From Azolla caroliniana (Eukaryota; Plantae; Polypodiophyta), in the NCBI GenBank assembly GCA_043228905.1, contig JBHGNT010000020.1:11222001-11286000 (forward strand): DNA of 64,000 nt, read 5' to 3'. Position 1 is the first letter of the stretch; every line of letters starts with the position of its first letter. This document shows, one piece after another, positions 38,675 through 51,172 of this stretch. The notes beneath the pieces were generated by a model, which ran no database searches, was not told the DNA's origin, and worked only from the letters and a program-made list of their open reading frames with translations. A program made the position numbers and the translations under genes.

Positions 38675-41600
38675 TCAAGACGGTTACAACTAACAAGCCG
38701 GCAAGGCGAACACCGCCGCCTGTTCACTCACACACACACGGGCGTTCCACGGAGCAGAGTCAGCCTCCCGAAAACCTGCGCAAAAATGGCTATGGAGAGT
38801 GGCAGAGGAGAAGGGCTCGGTCCCAGTCCGGCAGCACTTCGTCCTCTCTAACGCGCGATACCTTTTCCATTCCTCTCCCTCTCTTTTATAGCCCAAGGAG
38901 GGAGGTTGTTATCATCCGTTACATCACATTAATTCTCTGTCCTTTCGAACAGAGATACACCTCGATTCTCTTCCTATTGAATGCGTGCTACCTAGGATTT
39001 CACCTCAGCCGACTTGTACCTACTTACTTACCATACAACGAAAAGTGTGCTCGCGTGTAAGGGCCGGCTTACACACGCTAAACTCGGTTTCCGCCTAGGG
39101 ACGGTTTTCTTCACGACATCTGCCCCCACCTAACCGCGCATCCACTGGTATGCGCCAAAATTGAGCTCTTGCTGGAGAAAACTGGTCCATGCTTTACTCC
39201 TCGTTTTCCGGATCGTCATCTGCCTCAGGCCGCCCGTCGTCACCGTCCATGCTTTCCAGATCCAGCTTGCACTCGAGTCATTTCTTAAACGCTTTGACCC
39301 TCTTCCCCGCTACCGGTATTACCATCCTCGTACCGTCAGGCTCCGCAAGATGGTAGGTCCCGTTGTCGTTGGCGCCTGTCACCACGTAAGGCCCGAACCA
39401 CCTCCTTGCAAACTTCCGCATCTCCCTGTGATGATTGTCGAGGCTGCTGTCATACACTAGGACCCAGTCGCCTTCCTCGATTTTCTTTGGTCGCAGTCGG
39501 TGAGTCCGTTCAAACCGCCCTTTGTTCTTCATCCTTGCCAACCGAAGCTTCTCCACGGCTCGTTCCACGTCCTCCGGCCTTCGCTTGAGCTGTCGAATCC
39601 GTGCTGCTAGCAACTCCTCCCGACTCATCTCATCTCTCCAGTCCACCGTGGCCCATGAGGAGATGGTTCGCTTTGTTGGCATGATCAGCCTCTGTCCATA
39701 CATAAGCTCTGCCGGCATGAACCCGGTTACCGAACTGTGCGTAGTTTGGTCCGCCCACAAGACATAAGGTAGTAGTCGCGGCCAGTTCCCGACTTGGCCT
39801 TTACACGCCCATACTAGCGCTTTGACGATCGGCCTGTGTCCACGCTCCACCTTCCCGTTAGCCTCCGGATTGTACGTTGTGGTGAGCGAGAGTTTGACCC
39901 CTAGTCGGTCAAACATCTCTTCAGCCTCTTGCGCGTCCAACTCCCCGCAGTCAGCCACGATCTTTCCTACACTCCCCTACCGACATATCACGTCCTCGAT
40001 CAGAAACCAGCACATAGCCGCGGTCGTTTTGTTCTGCAGCGCTCAGCCTTCAACCTGGTTTGTCAAATCCCCCCGAGCCAGCACCAGATACCACATCTGT
40101 CCTACCCCCATCGGCATCGTCACCAAATCCACCATCCATTTGAAGTGGACGGTCGGAGGGTAGGTCAGGTGAAGCTCGTCCCGGTGTCGAACTATGGAGT
40201 GCATCTGACATCTTTTGCAAGTCGTCACGAACCGATGCACGTCCCGGTACAGTCCCGGCCACCAGTACTTCCCCTTAAGCTTCTCGAACGTGGCCCACAG
40301 TCCGTAGTGTCCGGCCCAGGGACTCTCGTGGTAGGCCTCCAGCAACTCCTCCTATTCCTCCTTCGCCACCAGTCGGAGTGGAATGTCGTCCCTCTTCTTC
40401 GGGTGCTTCCATATGTACCCGTCCCGAAGGAAGAATCGGTAAGCTTTCTTCCGGATCCGGTTGGCCTCTTCCTTTGTCCACGCCGCGTCCGATGTCATTG
40501 TTTTCAGGAGCCCGCCGATCTGGAGCCACTCCCCGTCATACTTGCTCTCGTCGAATTCGTTAAGCACCAGAGTGCTCCCCTTTTTGGTTGTCACGCATGC
40601 CGCCTCGAAGAAATCTACGCCGACTTCCTCGTCCTCCGAAACCATGCCATCCTCATTTTCGAACCTCGCCCTTGAGAGCATGTCGGCCATGGCATTGTCT
40701 TTTCCGGAAATGTGTCGTATCTTCGGATTCAGGGACTTGATGTACGTTATCCACCTGAGCATTGCCAGGTCCGGCGTCGTACATCCGGAAACCATGCCGA
40801 GAATCAGGAGGCAGTCCGTCTCAATTATTACCTCTGTCCCAATCAGATAGTCTTTATCAGCCTTCACCGCTGAAACGATACCCCAGAGTTCGCGTTTAAC
40901 CTGGGCGTATCCTCGTTGTCGCTCACCTAGGACCTTCGCGCCGAACCGGATGGGGAACCTCGTGCCAACGTCATCCTCTTGGTTGATCACCCATCCGATC
41001 CCGGTCGGACTCGTGTCTACGGTTACGTAAATCAGAGTGTCTTTGCCGTAGACAGCCTTTCGGAGCGCCGGTGCCGTGGCAAGTGCTTCCTTCATCTTTC
41101 GGACTGACTCCGTATGCTCGTCTCCCCACTCAAATTTACGCCCTTTCTTCAGCAACCCATATAGTGGCTCCGCGACGTGGGCGTAATGTGGGATCCAGAT
41201 ATGGTAGAACGCGCATGCTCCCAAGAATCTCCGAACCTCCGTAACCGAATTGCAGTCATGCTTCATTGCGGAGATGGCTTCAACCTTGGACGGAGACGGT
41301 TTCCGACCGTATGGTCCGCATAGGTGCCTGACGACCATGATCTCTGATTGCCCGAAGGCCGATTTTTCCCCGGAGAAGGTGAGCCTCGCGCCTTCTAGTC
41401 TCTGCAGCACCTTCTCGCAGTCATCGATGTGAGTCGCCACGAAATTCCGACATCCGTTCGGTCCGATTGTCTCATCCTTTTCCTCCACCAGGCATCCCCT
41501 GATCGGGATATCGTCTAAGAATGGCATGGTGATGTCCCGGATACAATCCCTGAGCACTTTGTTCATCGCGTTCACCATGTAAGCCACCGAGTTCGTTCCT

Positions 41601-44600
41601 CCTTGTGGTAGGGTACACATCCACACTAGGCCGAGAGGAGTCCACATCATCGTAATGTCTCTGCTCTCCACGGCTAGTTGGAACTGATCGTACCCAGAGT
41701 ACAGATCACCGACAGAGTAAATTGACCTTCCGGTGAAGGCCTCCGCGAGCTCATCTATGGTCGGTATGATTCCTACGTTACGGATGGTCACCTTGTTGAC
41801 CGGTTGCAGGTCCTAAATGAAGCGCAGCGTGCCGTTCTTCTTCAGTACCGTAAACCACCGATTCGAATACGGGGCACTCGACGGTTCGAGGATGCCCATC
41901 TCCACCTTTTGCTTCAGAAGATCCATCAACTTTGGGATGTGAGCTCTCGGCACCGGAATCGGTTTGAGATTCCACGGTACATGCCGTACCGTGAAGAACA
42001 CCATCGGTTTGACGATCGTCAGGTCCACGCACCCGATCTCCCCCGGCGAGAACGCGAAGGCTTTCCCATGCCTTTCGAGCATTCTCCGAAACCTGTTCTC
42101 CTCCGCCGGTAGTAGAAAGCCACCCCCACCAACCTTGAGCTCCCGTAGCGTTATGTCGGTGAACCAATGCCCTATGTCAGCCAAATTCCGTAAACTTGGG
42201 TCCGACGCGACCCCTTTTATCCACTGCTCGCTGCCCTCCGGCAAGGGTGCTGCGACCGGCCTCACCTTCCGGTCCACAGTCTTGTACTTTGTACCCACGC
42301 GGGCCATCTGATCCGACCCGATCGTTTCCCCGAAGTCCGCGATGACTTCGTACATTCCCATCGATCCTACCGGAACGGTCCGGTCTTCTCTAAGGTCTTC
42401 ACCGATCACCTTTCGCAACTCGCCCAAGGTGTCGTCAAAAGAGACCGCCTCCACGGCGCCGCTAATCTCTTCGTCGGGGGAGAGGACTCCGCATCCCCTG
42501 AGCCGCTCCTCTCGCTTCCTTTCCCGGCCGCTGATGCCGACTATAGTACAACTTCCGTTTTCGGAGAACCAAAACTTCCTACCTACTATACATGTGTGGG
42601 GTTCTTCCAGTACGTCCGGACTATCGCGGCCCCACGCCTTGATAGCCCTCTCTAAAAGTCCCCTCCGCTGTCGCCACCGAGGGTCTTACGATTCCTCTCA
42701 TAGTTCGAACGCACAGTCATGAATTGGACGCAATGCCGACTGTCCTGGCTCTTGACGCGTGCGTATGCCGAACCGTTGTCGAGCACATTCCTCTCCATGC
42801 GTGTTGCCGTAATGTATGGTTCGCCGAGAATCACCGGGTGCGAGGATGTTTCCTGCATGAAGAAATGTTGATCTATCTCGACGTCACCGACCTTTACGCG
42901 TATATTCGGGCACGCACCATGCAGCTCCTCCGTAGCATGCGTCACCGCGCGTATCTTCCACCCATGCTTGGTGTTGATCGGCCATTTACCCCTCTTGTAG
43001 AAATCCATGGACATCAGGTTGATTTCGGATCCATGGTCTACCAAGGCCACCACCGGTTCCTGGACATCTCCGATCTTAACAGGGGTCTCCGTGGTCGCTC
43101 TGGCCCAATGCGGCCTCGAATAGTGGCTCTCCGCCAACTCGTCTTCTAGCGCCATGTCCTCTATGTGCGTCGTTCGCACTTCCACCGGCTTCTCCGGCTC
43201 TGGCTCTGTCGACAGCCTCTTCCTCTTTACCAAGTCTACGATGGAGTCGTGGAACTCCTTCTTGGAGATCCCGAGCACTTCCCTCAGCGACAGCTCCACT
43301 TTGCTATCGAGGATACGTTCCTCCAGGACCTTTCGTAGGTCCGTGTTCCTTTCGATTTCCGTGCTCAACCGGTACCCGGCCTTCTTGGCTTTATCCGGTG
43401 TGCCGGTCACACCTGCCTCATTCTGCCTTTGACTGAATCGGGTCTTGTACCGTTGCGAGGGCTTGGCCCCTCCGGTTTTACCTACTCGCTTGTCTTCCAC
43501 CAGAGCCTTGTAGTTCTGGCATGCGGCTTCAACGAAGCCCGTCTTCTCTTCGACCGGGTCACTCCACCCGGTTACCTCCCGGACCCGTTTTTCCGCGTAG
43601 TCCGCTTCTTCTTTCCTTAGCCTTGCGTCGGCGAGGCCTTCGAGCATCAACGGCCAAAATCCGGATTCGTTCGTCTTCCGGGCCTCACCACCTCCGACCC
43701 GGATCCCAACCGACGCTGAGTAGTGGACAGTCTTCGCGTGGCGAGCCACCGCTTCTTCCATCATTCGTTTCATACTCCCTCGTCCGACATTTAGGTCCAG
43801 GGCCCTTCGGGTCTCGCTAGCGTGTACCCGACCGTTCCATAGGTACACCACGTTGACTCTCATTGTTCGTCGTCGTCCCTCCGTGCCTGTGCAATCTGGA
43901 GGGCCTTTACCATCCTAGTCAGCTCCTCTAGAGCTGCTCCTCCGGACGAGCCTTTGACCATGCCGGTCGAAGTCGATCTGGTCTCGAGCTAGTCTAGGGT
44001 CTCTTCCCTTCACGCTGGCGGGGTTGGCTCGAGTTTCCTTGCTACTACAAAGCCGCCCCTGTTGATCCTTTATCGACCCACTCTCGCCGTTTGTCGAAAC
44101 GGCCACAGACTCTCTTCACCACGGCCCAGACGGCCGTCAGCCCATCATCAGTCTCCAACAGGAGACCCACTTGCTCCCGGTCCCTCACATCCACTGACTT
44201 AACGAACAACCGGACGCGACTTGTGTCTAGTACGGTCCGGTCGAGCGCCGAAAGAGCGCAAAGTGTTCTTCAAACTCCTGGAGGAGCACTGACGCGTTTC
44301 TCCCCTTTTCGGGGGTCTCTACCCATTCCATGAAGTCCCGTTTCGAGAGTCGAAGCGCGTCATCAAGCCTGTATTTTTCGAGGAGCCAACCTTCAAACTC
44401 CTCCCAGGTTCGGCTCTCAGTCCGTACCTCGAGCACCTCTGCATGGATGCCCAGCATCGCCACCCGAGGGAATCCGGTCAGTCGCGTTTCTTCCGGAATG
44501 TCTCTCATTACCATCTCGGCCCGGTAGGCCTCCAACTAGCTCGTGGCATCCTTCCCACTGAACCGGCCTATCGTGTTGTCGACCACCTCAATAGCCCTAT

Positions 44601-45440
44601 CGAGGGCGCCTGCGCCTTCGCGCGCACTCACTATCCGATCCACAGCCGAAGCCATGGCTTCCGCGAGATCCGACCCGCTCATCTTTCTATTCCTTTGCCG
44701 CTTGTTCATGTCGGGTTCACCAAATATGTCACGTTGTTACGCGCGTGCGTGGAGAACGAGGCGGGACCACCGGGGTCTTGGACCGAGAAATAGCCGAGAA
44801 GGAGGAGATCGGAAAGGCAATGTGTGCACTTGCACATGAACAGACACAGGAGCACACAGGAATCACAGTCCAACAACACAGCAAAACGAGACGACTAGAA
44901 GTCCGAGTATACGAACACGTATGTATATAAATATAAATATAAATATATATATTTATATATATATCAAGACGGTTACAACTAACAGGCCGGCAAGGCGAAC
45001 ACAACCGCCTGTTCACTCACACACACAGAAGAGCGGGATGGAGACTCTGCCGGAAGCACACGGGCGTTCCACGGAACAGAGTCAGCCTCCCGAAAACCTG
45101 CACAAAAATGGCTATGGAGAGTGGCAGAGGAGAAGGGCTCGGTCCCAGTCCGACAGCATTTCGTCCTCTCTAACGCGCGATACCTTTTCCATTCCTCTCC
45201 CTCTCGTTTATAGCCCAAGGAGGGAGGTCGTTATCATCCGTTACATCACATTAATTCTCTGTCCTTTCGGACAGAGATACACCTCGATTCTCTCCCTATT
45301 GAATGCGTGCTACCTAGGATTTCACCTCAGCCGACTTGTACCTACTTACTTACCATGCAACGAAAAGTGTGCTCGCGTGTAAGGGTCGGTTTACACGCGC
45401 TAAACTCGGTTTCCGCCTAGGGACGGTTTTCTTCACGACA
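38446..45440 (-). mobile_element. Ty3/Gypsy element A2, near full-length relative of A1: 5' LTR 44727-45440, 3' LTR 38446-39118
   Basis: Same domains as A1 (DHGSEINLM, PFLDDIPIRG, NPEANGKVER, GPY), tRNA-Trp PBS, PPT ggttaggtgggggcaga, TSD ACGT/ACGC. Inserted into the Copia 2 LTR. Confidence 0.95.
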
Positions 45441-48432
45441 ACGCACTGGTTTATGCACCCAATGTTGACCTTGTATCTCAACACTCCCCCTCAAGCTCAA
45501 CTTGAGGTTTCGCCTTCTCTTCCGGATCTTCGTTTCGGCTCTTCCTAGCTTCACGCCTCGCTCGCGCTCCTCGACCCGTTCGATTCCGGGTGCCTCGACC
45601 CTTTTGATCGGTTTGTCTGCTCGTGTAGCCTTTCTCAGCTCCCTTGTTATCGTGGTGTTGGCGCCTGTTCCGTTGCCCTTTCTTCCGCTTGGCCTTTAGT
45701 TGATTCGACGTCACTGAATAAAACATTCGAACCGAATCGGCTGTCTCTGATTCGTTTCCGCCCCTTGCCTGAATTGGCTGTCTCCAATTCGTCTTCTGTC
45801 TTGAGGCCCTTAACCACATCAGACCATGTCGTGGTCTTGGCCTTCGCACTCTTCTTGGCTTCATCTCCCCCTTGTTTGGCTGACTCTTGCTCTTCCCTTC
45901 GGTTGCTGCCCTTGTTTTTGCCTTCAGCTTCTTCAACCGATCTAAAATCGAATTCGTCATCCGACTCAGCTTCGCAGTCACTTCTGCTCATTTCCTGCTC
46001 CCTTTCCTAGTGTTTTCTCCCCCTCAAGTTCAGCATGTTGAGGTGCCGCAAACCAAGCGCACCCGAGAATTGTCGCAACTTGTCGAGACCATAGGGCTTG
46101 GTGAAGATGTCGGCAATCTGCCGATCCGTTAGAACATACGCTAGTTCGACTTCACCGGAGAGGACACGCTCGCGGACAAAATGATAGTGCACCTCAATGT
46201 GCTTGGTCTGGGCGTGGAAGATGGGGTTCTTCGCAAGTTGGATGCTGCTGAGGTTGTCGCAGTAGATCATTGTCAGAGTGGACACCTCCACTTGCAGATC
46301 CTTGAGTAGCTTCTTGAGTCAAATGGCTTCGCATGTCACGATAGTCTCTCCTCGATACTCAGCCTTCGTGCTCAACAGTGCAATTGTCGGTTGCTTCTTG
46401 CTACTCCACATGATCGTGGGACTCCCAAGTGAGAAAGCGAACCCTGATGTGGATCTACGATCGCTGACATTTCTAGCCTAATCGGAATCTGAGTAGCCGA
46501 CGAGCTATTCGGAAATACCGGTCCGATATAGCAGCGTCCTATCCATAGTGTCATAGACATAGCGCAATATCTGTTGCGCGCACTAAAAGTGTTCAGCCGT
46601 GGGCTGTGACATAAATTGATTAACCAGACCGACCAGGTAATTGAGATCTGGCCGAGTGATCATCAAATAAATTAGGTTTCCAACAATCTATCGGAACCGT
46701 GTCGGGTCACACACCTTTCCCAAATCTCGGCGAAGCTTTACATTTCTGTCTAGAGGAGTTGAGATGGACTTATAGTCTGCCATCCCGAACTTGAAGAGCA
46801 TACTTAGCACGTAATATCATTGGCTGATCAATATGCCTTCAGGGGTGTAGATCACTTCTGTCCCTAGGAATTAATGAAGGTCTCCTAGGTCCTTCATGTC
46901 GAATGATGTCGAGAGTTGGGACTTTACGTGACCGATTTCATCTCAGTCAGCGCCGGGGATGACTAAATCATCAACATAAATTAAAATACTAACCGTTCCA
47001 TGTCGACGTTGCCTGACGAACAATGAAGAGTCTGACTGAGCCTTGTAGTGTTTGATAGAGTCGTCAGTGTTGTACTTGACCTTGTACACCCACCTACATC
47101 CAATCGGCTTTACACCCTTCGGGACACCAACCAGGTCCCAGGTTTCATTTTCCGCTAATGCATGCATCTTTTCCTCCAGTTCGGTACACCAATTTGCGTC
47201 CTTCGCCGCTTCTGCGTAGCTCTCCGGGTCACGCACTTCTGTCACTCACGTCATGTATGCATAATGATACGCCATGTACTCGTTGTATCCGAACCGCACC
47301 CCGAGGTTCTTCTGACGGGTAGATCGGTGTATTTGCTCATTAGTCGGATTTGAGGCCCTCTTGGTAGACACAGACTTCATTTCCAAAGGTCCGTCTTCGT
47401 TCTTCTCGGAATTGGATTTGCTTTGATCCGACTTTTCTTTATCACTGCCGTATTCCAACATCGTCTTCTCTTTACGAGTAAACTGTCTCCTCGGCTTCCT
47501 ATGCGAGAATGCACGGTCGAGTCTCCACAACTCACCAACTCTATGTCTTACTGGTCATGCTGACTCAGTCGGTCATTCGGCCCACTTAGCTTGAATGAGA
47601 TCAGACTCTCTTCAAGGGCTCTGATGTCTCCTTCGTCCCTAGGCATTTCAGCCTTGCTAACCTCTTCGGCAGAGATCAGAATGGATTCATCAAGGGTTGG
47701 AGGCAAAGGCAAGTACCACAACGCGGACTCGTCGAACACAACATCATGACTTACGGGAGCTTGTTTTGTTCAGGGATTATAACACTTATAACCCTTCTAT
47801 TCATCTGAGTAGCCAACCAAGATGCACTTCTCTGCTTTGGCGTCCATGTTCCTCTATTTCTCCTTCGGCACACGCACATACGCGATGCTACCGAAAACCC
47901 TCAAGTGTGCCAAGTTCGGGTTCTTCTTGAAGTACAACTCATGTGGCGACACTCCATTGGCATATGCCCGATTCTGGAGGTATTGATCGCTTTGGCCCAA
48001 TAGAACTTTGACAGATGCTTCTCCTCAAGCATTTCCCTTGCCGCCTCGCCTCCTCTATCATCTGATTCTTCCTCTCAGCCACGCCATTCTACTATGGCCT
48101 ATATCTACACGAGAATTCGTGTCAAATTCCCTCCTTTTGTAGATAACTCGAGAACTGGTTGGAGAAGTTCTCCTTCTCGCCATCGGACCTTAGGCACTTG
48201 ATCTTTCGCCTAGTTTCCCTTTCCGCAAGGTTCTTCACCTTTAGGAAACATGCGAAGACTTTGCTCTTTTTCGCCATGAAGCACGCTCAAGTGTGCCAAG
48301 TGAAGTCATCGATGAAGATTACAAAGTAACGACTTACTCTGATGCTCACGTTCTATTCCGGTTCCCATACATCCGAAGGGATCACATCGAGCGGATTTCG
48401 ACTTTGATTACGCTCGTTGGAGAATGGAAGTC

Positions 48433-48818
48433 GGTGTTGCTTCCCAAGTTGGCAGGCTTCGCGGATCCGGCCACTAAATTTTGGCAATCCGAAAACAATG
48501 TTTCGTTTGCATTTCACGAAGCTGCGGGAAGTTAACATGCCCAAACCGCTTGTGCCATAAGTCAATGTCTGACTTGACCTTTTGTCCTTTCGTGAACAAC
48601 GCGGTTCCGACTTCATTGGTGTTGCTTCCCAAGCTGGCAGGCTTCGCGGACTTGGCCGTTCCGGCCACTAAATTTTGGCAATCCGAAAACAATGTTTCGT
48701 TTGCATTTCACAAAGCTGCGGGAAGTTAACATGCCCAAACCGCTTGTGCCATAAGTCAATGTCTGACTTGACCTTTTGTCCTTTCGTGAACAACGCGGTT
48801 CCGACTTCATTGGTGTTG
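48433..48818. repeat. Tandem duplication (about 190 bp) inside Copia 2
   Basis: The ggtgttgcttcccaag...ccgacttcatt unit occurs at 48433 and 48618. Confidence 0.9.
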
Positions 48819-49833
48819 AGGATGAGCATCCTCCCTTCTCGATGCCCTTGCACAAGAACTTTCCCCTCTTCTTCGATGTAGCAACCGAGATGCATGAATC
48901 GAACTTGCATCCCCTGGTCGACGATCTGTCTAACCGACACCATGTTCTTCATTATTGTCAGGACGTGTAGCATGTTCATGAGTTTCTCTTTCTGCCCGAT
49001 GTGGCTGAGGGGAACTTCACCAACATGTTTGATGGTATGCGGAGTGTTGTCTCTAGTTACCACTCCTTGTTTTTCCGGTTTCTCCAAGTACGAGAACCAT
49101 TCCTCGTGACTTGTCATATGATTTGACACTCTGGAGTCAACATACCATCGAATTGGCCTTGTGCATTACGAAGGCTAAGCCCAATCCATTTTTGGCTTGT
49201 TCAGAGCCCTCGGCGTAGTTCGATCGTTGTCGATTTCCTTGTTTGTTCTGCCTGGAGTTGGTGCGATTTTCTCCGAATCAGCGTGTTTCTTCCAACACTC
49301 GCTCTCCTTGTGGCCTTTCTTGCCACAATACCAGCATTCCGTTGTAGGCTTTCCTTGCCGGTTTCCAACACCACCTCGACTGCCCTTGCTTCCAAAGGGT
49401 TCGGAACTACTGTTGGCATTACGACCATGCCTTCCATCTTGCTCCTGTCGGCCGCCTCCATTGCACGTCGATTGGCCTCATCCGTCACGACTACGGGGCC
49501 TATCTTCCTCCGTGTACAACATCTTGTTGTCGGCATGTGTACTCATTGGTGCACCCGTGTTGTTCTCCTCTACTAGGAGCATCGACTATACATCGAAAAA
49601 CGACGGCGTATCCTCCCTCGTACAGACTGCAGTTCGGAAAGCTCCGAACTTCTACACTAACCCTCCGAGGCAAACCTGCACCATTTCGTCCTCCTCGACA
49701 TTTACACCAATGGAGGCGAGAGAGTCACAAATGTCCTTGATCTTGGAGGTGTAATCAGCCACCGACATATCTCGTTGTCGAACATTACTCAACTCTTGCC
49801 TGAGTTGGAGCTTTCTGGTTATGGTGCTCGCGG

Positions 49834-50512
49834 TGTCCTGAAGATTTCCGGCCATAGTGAGAAAACCGGATGGAATGGGCAAAGTCGGCAATGTGCACCA
49901 TGTGAACATGTACATTTGAAAAATGTGTATAAAATAACAAGGGGATATTTATACCACATTGTAACGTCTTTCCCTCCTTGGGCTATAAAAGGAGAGGAAG
50001 GGGCTCTTATGATGGGTTGCCCATTTTGAGTTAGGAGGGTAAATACCGTAGGTCTAAGGTATGGTAGGTTTTCTCTTCTTCTTTCTTCTTTCTTTCTTTA
50101 GGGTTTCATTTAGTTCTTCTTCTTCATCGTCATGTGGGTTGGGTTTCTCTTCTCAGTGTTTGTTGCTTCATCTCTTCTAGGGTTTGCTTAGTTCGTGTGC
50201 CTTGAGGCTCCGGTTCTCAGTTTTGTCTTCTATGCAAAACCCCACTCGCGTAGGCAAGCCCGTGTGCTCCCCCGACTGGTGGCTTGGCGGCTGACAGCTA
50301 TTGTGTTTTCAGCAGGAAGACCGTGTCCATCCGGTTGCATACGGATCTGTCCGTTTTGGTTGCTTCCGGCTCGCATCCGGAACTGTCCCAGTTGGTGCCA
50401 TAGCCAGTGTAACCGACCCTAGAGAAATCGGCCTTTCGGCAACCATCTCTCCCCAGTCCGTGACCCCGATGGTCTCGCACGATCCGACACATGCGCGCGG
50501 ATTTCCACGACA
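49834..50512 (+). mobile_element. Solo LTR (C) of the Trp-primed Gypsy lineage, inserted in the Copia 2 gag
   Basis: TGTCCTGAAGA...CCACGACA, shared TATA module ccctccttgggctataaaagg, 4-bp TSD GCGG/GCGG. Removing it rejoins the gag sequence (..IFSASTITRKLQL..). Confidence 0.9.
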
Positions 50513-51172
50513 GCGGAGAAAATCTTTTTCAAATTTCCCCAAGCATCCTTTAGCATCCTCGCATCCCAAATGTAGCTCAAAACTTGATCGCTCATAGAGG
50601 ATGCGAAGCAGTAGAGAACTCTGCTTGCTGCCTGTTCCCAGGCTGGGAAATCTCTATGTGTCGATTCGGGTGTTCGTCATTAGCTCCATCGACATAACTC
50701 CAGTAGCCATGCCCAAGCAGGTACTGGTGCATCTTGTATGACCAAGGTGTGTAGTTGCTTCTGTCGAGCTTCTCCATCAGAAGCGAGCTAGCCATTCCTC
50801 TGACCATTCTTTCATTATTCTATTCTTCACCGTGATTGGGGTTTGTCTGTTTGTCAGCAACAGAGGATCTCAACCCTCACGCTCTGATACCATGCAAAAG
50901 AATACGTGCGAAAGCTTACCAGACACAACCAGGTAACAACAGATAAAAGACACAAGACAAGGAAGATAAGGAAGGTTTAATGGAAAGCTTAATTAACACA
51001 ACGTACGCGAGAGAGACAAAGAGAGCAGAATACAGAAAACTCTATATCAAAACAATACTCTAAAATTCCACGTGACCGCTAACATTGAATGGTTTTTGGA
51101 CTATTTGGTCGGCGCCAGCAACGCAGTTCAACTAGGCAATGGGCAGGAATGCAAAATCTTCGGAGTAAGCGA

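Larger units (their letters stand above)
38063..51068 (-). mobile_element. Ty1/Copia element 2: 3' LTR 38063-38445 plus 45445-45483, 5' LTR 50893-about 51068 (truncated)
   Basis: tRNA-iMet PBS TGGTATCAGAGC (plus-strand gctctgatacca, 50881-50892), gag MEKLDRSNY..W, GAG-pre-integrase LWHKRFGH, RT YVDDL, RNase H KHIEVHYHFVRE, PPT at 45484-45496. It carries internal deletions and is interrupted by A2 and solo LTR C. Confidence 0.92.
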
